This document shows positions 9,631 through 19,100 of a DNA stretch of 64,000 bases, piece by piece (position 1 is the stretch's first letter; every line of letters starts with the position of its first letter). Under the pieces are notes generated by a model. It was not told the origin of the DNA. It worked only from the letters and a program-made list of their open reading frames with translations, and searched no databases. This DNA comes from a virus. The stretch covers positions 20,248-84,247 of the IMG/VR virus record IMGVR_UViG_3300043446_000566; one strand, written 5' to 3'. The position numbers were made by a program, and so were the translations under genes.

Positions 9631-11253
9631 TTAGCGTTCGACGGTCTTCCAGAACACTCCATTTTCAACAAAACCCTCTGGAGCAGTCTCTTCATACGTC
9701 ATTGGAACGGGTAGCGAGTCGTTTTCGATCTGTTCCATCTGCTGACGATATAGCTTTTCTTTCATATTCGTCGAACTGAGTTCGGTAAAGAATGACTGGT
9801 TTGTGAGCCATGAGAATAGAACTAGACACATGACCAGATCATCATGTGAGCCTTCTTCAGCTGCAAAGCTATTATTCTGTGATATGAACGTAGAAAGTTC
9901 TGCGATAGTGTCAAAGTCTTGAATGATCAGCTTCTGGTTTTCAATCAGATTCTTGAGAATCGAACAGCCCAGACGCTTTACAGATTTGGTAGTTCTTATA
10001 CCACGATTAGACTTGGTTCCGTAGCCCCAAGTCGCAACAATTTTCTTCTGAAGTTCTACCGTCGAGATAATATTTTCATAGTCATAATCATCGAACAGAC
10101 TGTCTACGACCTGCTGGCCGTTGTCGTTGATCTCTACTAGGATAAAAGCGCTGTTATAATAATCGCCCATCTTCTTCAGAATTGTCGGATACAACAGCGG
10201 ACTGATATTATTGTCTTTATAAGTCGCAACGACTTTATAAGGAATCTCAGTCGTGTTGATCACTGTAAAGGCTGAATAGTCTAACCCCTTACCGCGTGAA
10301 GTATCTACTGAGATCACATAGTTGTGATTGGCCTTAGGCAGTTCAAAGATCTTGATGCCTGTTTCAGACAAGTGAATCGGTGCGATAAACGCAAGCGACT
10401 TGAGCGCATATGCTGAAATGAGAGTTCCAGCAGAGCCCATGAACTCGCATTCCATTTCCTGAAGAAATTTCTCTTCACCAAGAACAGATTTCTGATCATC
10501 TGCCCATTTCTGATCACGCCCTGGAACTTGTCTCCAGTTTGCCTCAATATGCAGAAAGCCGTTCTTTTGCTCAGTAGCTTCAGTCCACATCCTGTAGAAG
10601 TGATTCATGCCATTTGGCGTAGAAGAAATCAAAATCTTTGACGTTGTACCAGAAGAAATTGTAGGATATACCGATGTGAAGAACTCATCTGCGATGTTAC
10701 TTGGCACGAATGCAAACTCGTCGAGATATAGAAGCGAGATCGAGAAGCCACGAATCGCGCTTGAAGCAGTAGAAGTAGCCATCACACGGCAGTTGTTTTC
10801 TAGTTCAATGTCGCCTTTGTTCCATGTCTTGACGCCTTGCTGAAGCCATAAAGGCAACGCTTCATATGCAATTTTGACTCTTGAAAGAATTTCACGAGCA
10901 GTAGAAGCCTTGTTCGCGAGAATGGCGACAAACTTTTCTTCGTTGAATAGAATATACCAGAGGATATATCCAACGACCATCGTTGTTTTGCCGACCTGAC
11001 GACCAGCTTTTACAATGATCTTTCTGTTTGAATTGATATCTTCAATAGCCGTTTTCTGAAACGGATAGAGATTGATTGTGACAAAGCCTTTGTCTAGCGA
11101 GATGATCTTGACATAGTTTTCAATAAAGTAGACTGGATCACTTGCGCACTTGACATATTCTTGAACTTCATCAGCAGTCATCTGATGAACAACACCAACT
11201 CGTTTTAGGTGTGCATTACCGAGATAGTTTCTAACTTTCGGAATTAGATTCAT
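9631..11253 (-). CDS. gp17: Terminase large subunit
   Basis: Walker A RQVGKTT, Walker B LLYLDEFAF, SSTPNG, nuclease motifs VDTSRG and HDDLVM. Confidence 0.99.
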   Translation of the reverse strand: MNLIPKVRNYLGNAHLKRVGVVHQMTADEVQEYVKCASDPVYFIENYVKIISLDKGFVTINLYPFQKTAIEDINSNRKIIVKAGRQVGKTTMVVGYILWYILFNEEKFVAILANKASTAREILSRVKIAYEALPLWLQQGVKTWNKGDIELENNCRVMATSTASSAIRGFSISLLYLDEFAFVPSNIADEFFTSVYPTISSGTTSKILISSTPNGMNHFYRMWTEATEQKNGFLHIEANWRQVPGRDQKWADDQKSVLGEEKFLQEMECEFMGSAGTLISAYALKSLAFIAPIHLSETGIKIFELPKANHNYVISVDTSRGKGLDYSAFTVINTTEIPYKVVATYKDNNISPLLYPTILKKMGDYYNSAFILVEINDNGQQVVDSLFDDYDYENIISTVELQKKIVATWGYGTKSNRGIRTTKSVKRLGCSILKNLIENQKLIIQDFDTIAELSTFISQNNSFAAEEGSHDDLVMCLVLFSWLTNQSFFTELSSTNMKEKLYRQQMEQIENDSLPVPMTYEETAPEGFVENGVFWKTVER

Positions 11254-11644
11254 GCTTCACCTTTTTCAATAAGTCAGCAGTCGAGCCGACAAAAACAGCC
11301 TTGTCAATCACTACATTCGTAGGCTTTTCTTCTGCTTCTAGATCTCTGCGTTGCTTCTGGAGCACCATGAGTTTCTCAGTGACTTCAGACATGTTTTTGA
11401 TTAGAGTCGCTGCGACTTCATACGCACGAGGATGCTGCGATTCTCTTGCTACGTTGAGAATGCCATCAATAGCCTCGTTACCACGTTCGATTAGCCCGTA
11501 GTATGTTGAACGTGAAAAATCTGCGTCTACAACTTTAGAAGACTCTTGTTCTTCTTGATAGACGGTGACAGGTTTGTTTTCTTGCACAGCAGGAATAAAA
11601 TCTGTATTCAAAAGTTCACTTAGTTTATTATCTGTACTGCTCAT
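11231..11644 (-). CDS. gp16: Terminase small subunit
   Basis: ARESQHPRAYEVAATLIK, VFVGSTADL; overlaps the gp17 start. Confidence 0.95.
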   Translation of the reverse strand: MSSTDNKLSELLNTDFIPAVQENKPVTVYQEEQESSKVVDADFSRSTYYGLIERGNEAIDGILNVARESQHPRAYEVAATLIKNMSEVTEKLMVLQKQRRDLEAEEKPTNVVIDKAVFVGSTADLLKKVKHESNSES

Positions 11645-12642
11645 GTTATATTAGGATATTCCTCAAGTGTTTCAGAGAATCCAAACGCTGTGTCAATATT
11701 CGCTGTAGAAGGGCTTGGTACAACAGTCAGATTTGTCAACTTGTTATCGTTGAGATCAAACGATGATATTGTATAAGCTGTGTTAGTCACTGCGCCTCGC
11801 AGTGAGGTATTTACTACTAATAGACCAGAAAGATCTGTCAGAATCAAATTATTTGAAACTGGATCCCATGCTTTCACATAGCCAGCTGCGTTTGCTGCTG
11901 ATGCTGTTCTGCCTTCGTACACAAGTTCGCCGACTTTATAGTTGCCTGATCCAGATGTCAGAACGACTTTTCTTTCGCCTGTATCGTTCCAGGTATTGTT
12001 ATATGTATTAGCCTGAACAGTGCGAATTAGTTTGTTCTCTGTGATAGGACCATAGAGCATAGCTTTCGCAGAGAATGTGAGTGTCCATACAAGTGTGCGC
12101 ATCGAATCTTCTTCACCGACATCGTTCGAGATATCGTATGAGATGTTCTCTAGCACAATAGGCACATCGATTTTTAGATTAGACTTGCCAACAAGATCAA
12201 GCGTCACTGTATAGTCTGGGCTGAAGTATGGCAGAATCTGTTCAATGATCTGCGATCCATCTTCTGTATTTCGAACGTAGATGTTCAGCGTGATGCCAAA
12301 ATTATATGGCGCGACTTTGACTGCGTTGATAAGAGTATTAGTGTCTTTCGCAAACTGCGTGTTGAACATGCTTGTTTTGCGCAGAGGATCATATGTGATT
12401 GAGTTGATCTCAAACGACATTCTAGGCAATTGAATCTGGACTTCTTTGTTCAGACTAGGATCGCCAGTAATACGAGAATAGAATTTTTCTTTCGATGAAT
12501 ACGCAAGCGGCACAGTCACGCGCTCGATTTCAACAGTGCCTGCTTTATTGTATTTGTACAACTTGATGTCGTTGAACAGAGTTCCAAACGCAACAACTAG
12601 TTTGCGCGTGATACGATGGTAAAAGTGTGCTTGTGATAACAT
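11641..12642 (-). CDS. gp15: Tail sheath stabiliser / completion protein
   Basis: FYHRITRKLVVAFGTLFNDI, LPRMSFE, QIIEQILPYFSP. Confidence 0.95.
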   Translation of the reverse strand: MLSQAHFYHRITRKLVVAFGTLFNDIKLYKYNKAGTVEIERVTVPLAYSSKEKFYSRITGDPSLNKEVQIQLPRMSFEINSITYDPLRKTSMFNTQFAKDTNTLINAVKVAPYNFGITLNIYVRNTEDGSQIIEQILPYFSPDYTVTLDLVGKSNLKIDVPIVLENISYDISNDVGEEDSMRTLVWTLTFSAKAMLYGPITENKLIRTVQANTYNNTWNDTGERKVVLTSGSGNYKVGELVYEGRTASAANAAGYVKAWDPVSNNLILTDLSGLLVVNTSLRGAVTNTAYTISSFDLNDNKLTNLTVVPSPSTANIDTAFGFSETLEEYPNIT

Positions 12643-12644
12643 TC

Positions 12645-13544
12645 TTATGGCTCACCGAATGGATTATGTTCTGTCCAGTCAAGAATATTATCTGCTTCAT
12701 TTTCAATACGCACATTATCTTCTTGTGCGTCGTTAGCATTTTCCATATCATCGCTGCTGCTTACTGTCCATGTTCCTGCAGGACCAACGATAGCTGTAGC
12801 AGCTGCAAACTCGCCTTTGATGTTCTTGATCTTGAGAATTCTTGTAGTCACATCCCAATCAACGACATAACCCTTTGCTGTAGCAGCATTGAGTGATGCG
12901 CCTTGATAGACGATATCGCCGTTTCTGAATGTACCAGTGCCGCCAGCAGATAGCGTATAGTTGATTGCAAATGCTCTTGTATCGCCAATCGAATCAATGT
13001 CGTTGTAACCAGTGTTGATGAACTCGCCGTTGTACTTGAACAATTCGAGTGACAGCCCGTACATGTATGCGTTCTTAGCAGCTTCGATGCCGACTCTGTT
13101 GCCGCCAGTTCTGCCCAGCTGGAAGAAGTTCTTTTCTTGCTCTACGAACTTGAGTTCCATTAGTTTCTGCTGCGTTGGCAGATACACTAGATCGCCTTCT
13201 TTTGGCACATTGCGCGTAGGAACCACTGAGGTCACATACTTTTCAAACGTCTTTCGAGCAACGCTCATCTTGACGCCCTTTGAAATTTCTAGACCAAACT
13301 TCGAGAAGAATTCTTCGTTGCCTTCAAAGTCATTTGTTGATTCAAGATACATGTCGATCTTGATTGCTTGCGTGAACGACTTGACAGGATCATCGCCATA
13401 GATTTCATCTAGCGACGATTGCGAGTCACGAGGGATGTAGAACACATCAATGCCGTGATTTCGAATCGCTTCGTTGATCAGATCCTCGACGAGAAACTGT
13501 TCACGCGACGCGCCTTGATTGTTGAAATAGACCGACGTTGCCAT
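12645..13544 (-). CDS. gp14: Neck protein
   Basis: EQFLVEDLINEAI..HGIDVFYIPR, FFSKFGLEI, PKEGDLVYLP, NPFGE. Confidence 0.95.
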   Translation of the reverse strand: MATSVYFNNQGASREQFLVEDLINEAIRNHGIDVFYIPRDSQSSLDEIYGDDPVKSFTQAIKIDMYLESTNDFEGNEEFFSKFGLEISKGVKMSVARKTFEKYVTSVVPTRNVPKEGDLVYLPTQQKLMELKFVEQEKNFFQLGRTGGNRVGIEAAKNAYMYGLSLELFKYNGEFINTGYNDIDSIGDTRAFAINYTLSAGGTGTFRNGDIVYQGASLNAATAKGYVVDWDVTTRILKIKNIKGEFAAATAIVGPAGTWTVSSSDDMENANDAQEDNVRIENEADNILDWTEHNPFGEP

Positions 13545-13550
13545 CTTCTA

Positions 13551-14315
13551 TCATCCTGCCATGATTGCAAAAGGTGGCTCTTCGTATGCGTCAATCAGCT
13601 TCTCTTCAAGTCTACCAACTTCAACAACTGCTTCATCAAAGATCGTTTGACCATTGATCACAATGCCACCAGGAAGAATGTAGTTGCCGTATTTCTTTAG
13701 GTTCTCGCCCCACTGACGCTTAAACAGCTGAGTCGTGTACTCTTTGAGCCATGTGTCGTTGTAAATCTTTGTATAAGTGTCTGGATCTACAACGCGCTTG
13801 CATTCAATGACAATATAGCTGCCAGGATCTAGTTTACCGTTCCAGTCCATATGAATATTCAGACGGTTGACTTTCTTATTGAAGTCAAATGGCACTTCGC
13901 CAGTGACAATCATATCAAGCATAGCCAGATGCTGACGCGCAATATAGTAGTAGGTATAAGAAGAAGATGTCAGATTGTAGAAGTCGTTCAGACGCAACTG
14001 ATAGTTGATGTCGAACATATTGAAGCCAGCAGAAGACGATGAAGATGCTTGCGCTGAAGTCAACGGGAATACTTTTGTCACTCCAATAATGCTTGAAGCA
14101 AGAGTGATATAGTTGTTTGAAATGTCACCAGCAGTCACTGCTGTGGCTAGATATTCGTTCTCTGTGCCGTCAAAGTGATAGTCTCTGTATAGCTGAAGCG
14201 CATCATCGATTCGATCTTCTAGCTGATCGTCATCGACGTTGATATCAACTACTGGAAAGCCCAGTTTGCGGAGGCAGTAGTCTTTTAGTTCTGAGCGAGA
14301 TGTTGGTTGTGCCAT
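13551..14315 (-). CDS. gp13: Neck protein
   Basis: ELKDYCLRKLGFPVVDINVDDDQ, QWGENLKKY, LPGGIVINGQ; late promoter CTAAATA at 14341-14347. Confidence 0.97.
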   Translation of the reverse strand: MAQPTSRSELKDYCLRKLGFPVVDINVDDDQLEDRIDDALQLYRDYHFDGTENEYLATAVTAGDISNNYITLASSIIGVTKVFPLTSAQASSSSSAGFNMFDINYQLRLNDFYNLTSSSYTYYYIARQHLAMLDMIVTGEVPFDFNKKVNRLNIHMDWNGKLDPGSYIVIECKRVVDPDTYTKIYNDTWLKEYTTQLFKRQWGENLKKYGNYILPGGIVINGQTIFDEAVVEVGRLEEKLIDAYEEPPFAIMAG

Positions 14316-14339
14316 TTGAAAACTCTCTAAAGTGACAAT

Positions 14340-15014
14340 TTATTTAGCTAGTTCATAATCTTCAGCATAATAATCTCGGACTTTAGCCTCAAGATCAGAT
14401 GTAATGATCGCCGTCAGTTTGCGGCTTTCGTTGATCCTAGGGATCTGAATGTCTGCTGGAGCACCAAATTCAATCGCAACAGTCTTCAGACTGCTTTCAA
14501 AATTCGTGAAAGGCAAAATAACCAGCTTCTCTGCGGGTATGTGTCTGTACCAGAAAGCCTGCTGTCTAAGCACAAGGTTATTAGTCTTCAGTGTATGATC
14601 TTCAAAAATCTGTTCTGGTGTGATGTTTGCCGCAAAACTCAGACAGTCTTGGATCACGTTATCTGGAATTTCTGGCAATATTGTTTCTGGAGAGCCGTCT
14701 GAATAAGCTGACAAGTCTATGCCTGTGAACCAGTTTGGCTTGAACTTGATGAGAAACTTGATGTAGTTTGGGCTTCGAAAGTGATTCGCACCAGAGATGA
14801 ATCGCTCGACTGGATCTCTCCAGAAGACGTAGTATTTCTCAATCACAGACGGATCAAAGTTATCAATTTTTCGAGAGCATTGATACAGCATTCTGCCATA
14901 ATCGGCATGCTCTTCAAGAAATATGCTATACGGAGCAAGCACATTTTTTGTCGTTCGAGTTCCTGTTTTTGTAGGACACACGAACACAAGTTTATGATCT
15001 TTAGAGATAATCAT
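14340..15014 (-). CDS. Sulfotransferase (Sulfotransfer_2-like), copy 1
   Basis: PAPS 5'-PSB motif FVCPTKTGTRT, 3'-PB motif RDPVERFISG, C-terminal YYAEDYEL; ATG coupled to the upstream stop (ATGA). Confidence 0.8.
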   Translation of the reverse strand: MIISKDHKLVFVCPTKTGTRTTKNVLAPYSIFLEEHADYGRMLYQCSRKIDNFDPSVIEKYYVFWRDPVERFISGANHFRSPNYIKFLIKFKPNWFTGIDLSAYSDGSPETILPEIPDNVIQDCLSFAANITPEQIFEDHTLKTNNLVLRQQAFWYRHIPAEKLVILPFTNFESSLKTVAIEFGAPADIQIPRINESRKLTAIITSDLEAKVRDYYAEDYELAK

Positions 15015-15529
15015 GAGAACTTCATATATTGATATCCGCTGGATGGAAGACCGATCAGACCGCTCCAAGTCCAATATGCGTAACCGCCGCTATAAGAATA
15101 TGTCGCTGCTGAAGCATTGTATGTGCTTCCAGTCTGTCTTTTGATCGATGTGAAATATCCAGTCGCACCAGGGCTTGACGAAAAGCCTGATATGCTAAGT
15201 TGAAAATTGTTGGTACCACCTGCTACAGAATCGTAGATGTAGTACAGAGTCTTGCCGTCTGGAAACGTCGTTTGACCTAATGCGCCAAAGTTGCTTTGTG
15301 AATATCCATACAGCTGAAGATATGCCGTTCCATAAGTGGTATAATACGCTTGATATCCGCAATCAATTCTGAATGATCCGCGAAGATCATTCATAGAGAT
15401 TTGACCCGTAGAAATCCCTGCTAGGTTTCTGGGACCACTATCGTTTAGACCGATAGATGCTGTCCCAGAAAGACCTAGTTCAAGATTTACTCTGTTTAGA
15501 TCTGCGCTACCAGTTATTGATAACGGCAT
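15011..15529 (-). CDS. Putative fibre-tip adhesin / receptor-binding protein
   Basis: N-terminus ..NLELG..ASIGLND..RNLAG..TGQISMNDLRG resembles the gp38-like fibre-attachment module; Gly/Tyr/Ser-rich body. Confidence 0.55.
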   Translation of the reverse strand: MPLSITGSADLNRVNLELGLSGTASIGLNDSGPRNLAGISTGQISMNDLRGSFRIDCGYQAYYTTYGTAYLQLYGYSQSNFGALGQTTFPDGKTLYYIYDSVAGGTNNFQLSISGFSSSPGATGYFTSIKRQTGSTYNASAATYSYSGGYAYWTWSGLIGLPSSGYQYMKFS

Positions 15530-15535
15530 TGCTTT

Positions 15536-15739
15536 TTACTGCTGCTGAGGTGATCCGATCTGAGCCTGTGCTTGACCGAAGACTTTCTTCAACACAGGAT
15601 CTGCGACTCTGTGTGGAAGTTCCTGAAGCGCACCAAGAATAACATTCAATTCATTGATTGTCACTTCAAGTTTCACACCTTGCTCAGCTGGTGACTGAGG
15701 CTGTGCTAGCTTATCTAATTGTTCATTTGCCATATTCAT
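15536..15739 (-). CDS. Small hypothetical protein in fibre cassette
   Basis: SD GGAG; ELNVILGALQELPH helical motif. Confidence 0.65.
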   Translation of the reverse strand: MNMANEQLDKLAQPQSPAEQGVKLEVTINELNVILGALQELPHRVADPVLKKVFGQAQAQIGSPQQQ

Positions 15740-15747
15740 AATCTCCA

Positions 15748-16122
15748 TCAAACAGGTGGTGTTGTATTTGCTGTATTGGCTGTGTTAGCCCAAGGTAGAG
15801 AGTTTGAATCCACTTCAATGATTGGATTCTTCTTCCCATCGATTTGCTTTTGAATCTGTTCGTCGATGTGTTGTTTGTATCCACCAACGACAATAGCTTT
15901 GATCCATGAAAGAACAGCGTCTTCAGTCAGTTCTTCATAAGTCACAAATCCATCTCCGTTCACATCTTCAGCCCTAAACGGTGTTGCGCCATGAAACGTG
16001 CCAGAGTTGCCGTCTGCGTCAGTTCCAGTGCATTCCCATTGTGTGCCTACGATGAGGTCTGAGTATTGATTCGTGCTAGTCTTTTTGAGACTCTTTAGCT
16101 TCCAAGTATAAGTCAATGACAT
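15748..16122 (-). CDS. Tail-fibre-associated hypothetical protein
   Basis: TYTWKL...FVTYEELTEDAVLSWI; SD GAGG; late promoter CTAAATA at 16164-16170. Confidence 0.7.
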   Translation of the reverse strand: MSLTYTWKLKSLKKTSTNQYSDLIVGTQWECTGTDADGNSGTFHGATPFRAEDVNGDGFVTYEELTEDAVLSWIKAIVVGGYKQHIDEQIQKQIDGKKNPIIEVDSNSLPWANTANTANTTPPV

Positions 16123-16131
16123 TGTATGTCC

Positions 16132-19100
16132 TCAAATGATGCTGGACAGTCTTCCAACGATAGTATTTAGTTGTTCCTTCAGAGTTTCTATTTGCGACTG
16201 CTGCTCTTTGATTGCTTCGATGAGAAGTCCGACCATGTTGCCATACTGTACACCATACTCATCGACATCTGCGGCATATGTGACAGCTTCTGGCAATACT
16301 TGTTCAACTTCTTGAGCGATGACACCAATCTGACGAGTCTTATTCTCATCATCAATCTTATTATAATACACGCCGCGAAGACTGTTGACTTTATTCAATG
16401 CGTTATCAACTGTGACAATATTCTCTTTCTTTCTTCTGTCAGAATACGCAACGATATTACCTGTTGAGTAGATACCGCCGCTGACATACAAGTAATAAGA
16501 AGATGATGTGGTCGATGAGCCGACGCCCATGCAGTTATTAGCGACATTATGGTAAAGATACCAACGACTGTTTGCTTCACGATATACACCACCGTTACCA
16601 GCAGAGTCATACATGAATCCATTGACGCCACTGTATACGTCATAGATGCCACCATAGGAATTCTTACTTCCGCCAATTCTCCATGGCGTGTAAGTGCCAC
16701 TAGAGTTATATCCAAAATATATAGACGTATCGGCGCTGTAGTAAAGAATTGGAGTACGAAGTGAGCCATCCGCTTGCAGCGAGTTGTTTACATAGACGTT
16801 GCCACCACCAAGCGGATCACTGCCGTTATTGACCGACATGACCTGTGTGCCCATGTCATAGTCAGTGTAAAATTTTACACCTTGATAACTTGCATTGGCA
16901 CCAATTTTAATACCAGTATGAAACGCGATACGAAGATCTGGATACGGATGAGTCCATGCTCCTGACTCACGATAGATTGCATAAGCGGTGCTAAGCCCAC
17001 TATCAAAGTACATTCCAAATGGATGGTCAGTGCTTACAGCATAGTTGTTTGATAGGTAGTATGTGTTGAGTCTGTAGAGGATTGACGTACTGTTTCCATC
17101 TATGTAATAACCAGTGTTATCTTGATCATAGAAAATACCCGAACGGAACGACGAGCCGTTGTAGGCGTATCCGTCTAGCAAATAAAGTGGATTGTGGTAG
17201 TTATTATTTGAACTGTTCGGTGTAATAAAGCGCACACCATTACGGAACATAACCTCGACACCAGTACCGTTGAAGTTACCGCTCAGATTAGCAATAGGAT
17301 CTACGTTGAAGCATGGAGTGATATTGCCCGACGTATCACCAAACACAACAGCGCCATAGGTCGTGCTATACCCATAATAAGAGCCGTAAAAGGCTTTCCA
17401 GTTTATGTTGGCAGAGTTTCGTACAAAGAATGTGCCCACAACAGAAGCTGAAGTAGGGTCGACATAGTACGCGGTGTTGTTACTGTCGTAGAAGATAGGG
17501 GCGCGAGAAGACGCGTATGATGTTGTATTACCACTGTTGTCAATGATGAATGCATTTATAGTGTCGGCGCTATTATTAAAGCGATAACCATATGATGGTG
17601 TTCCTTTGGCATATGAGCTATCACCAGCCCAATTTTGAACACCGTACCAGTTAACAGAGGTTAAAATTGATGTACCATTTGGATCAACATAGTACGAGGT
17701 GTTGTCATAGTCGTAGAAAATGCGGCTTCTGACGCTGCTCTCGCCCACAACGTACTGATCGCAATATAGAATTTTACTGCCATATGTGCGCACATACGTC
17801 GAGTCAGCCATATACCAGCCGCCGCCATATGACTCAAAATAAAATCCGCTAGTTCCAGAAACTCTGACCCATCCACCGTTGGCATAAATGTCGCCTTTGA
17901 CATGCAACTTATAAGATGGATTAGAAGCACTAAAATTACCAATACCGACGTTATTACTATACATCATCATTCCGTCAGTCGGAAGTGTTGTAGTATTTTC
18001 GCCATCGTATCCAGTAGCAAAGAATAATTTTCCTAGCGCATTCGCCGCATACATTCTAAGTTCAGCGTTACTGCTATCATATTGACGAATACCGCAGCGC
18101 CAACCAGTGCTTGAACCAAACGTGATTAGACCATCGTATGCACCTTTTTCCATTGCGAGTTTGCCATAAAAGATGCTAGTTCCGGCTGGATTGCAGTAGT
18201 AAGCAGTATTGTCACTATCATAAAACAGTGGTGCGCGGAAATCTGATGTAGCGTATCCTGTTCCTCCGACATGCAACGCATAAGAAGCAAAGTTGTCGCC
18301 GCCAGTAGCAACCCTAAGATTGCCACTACTATCAACAGTCATTACTCCTAAATCGCTGCTGTTTCTCCAAACAAAATTAGCGCCTGTTCCATAGTATGTG
18401 GTGCTACCTGAAGCAAAATAAAATCTTGCTCGCCCTTCAGATGATGTGTGCCAAACCCCTGTAGCGGGATTGAGGTTGTTTATCGTAGAAACAGTCAACG
18501 CATTTATAACAGATGTGCTAGCAGGATCAATATAGTACGCAGTGTTATTGCTGTCATAGAAAATAGGTGCACGGAAATCTGAACCAGCTGTTCCTGTTCC
18601 AAAGACATCGATGTTTCTAGTTGACCCATAAACAGAGAATACTGCGCGACTATTCACATAGTCGAAAATCGTGAAGTCTTTATATGTGCCAGCAGCGCCA
18701 CCCCAATCTAGACCAACAACAGCATATGTTCCGCCAGTGTATGCATCAGCTGTCTTGAATTTGAGTCTAGCAGCTAAGTTTAGATCACCTGTATTAGTGA
18801 ATGAAAGATTTGCACTTGTGACTGGAGTTTGATTTGATCCGCTAGCTGCAACACCAACAATATAGTTTGTTGCCGCGGAAGCAGCAGATGCATTGATCGC
18901 AGTCGATGGACCAGTAGCACCCTGGACACCTTGAGCGCCTTGAACACCCTGCGCACCAGTCGCACCCTGGACGCCTTGAGCACCTGTTGCACCAGTAGCA
19001 CCCTGAACACCTTGAGCGCCTGTTGAGCCTGTCGCGCCTTGAGCGCCAGTAGCACCAGTCGCACCCTGCACACCTTGTGCACCAGTCGATCCAGTTGCGC

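Noticed and set aside
9631-11253. Intein or intron in the terminase or other core genes
   Set aside because: Lengths are normal and motifs continuous; no splicing motifs seen
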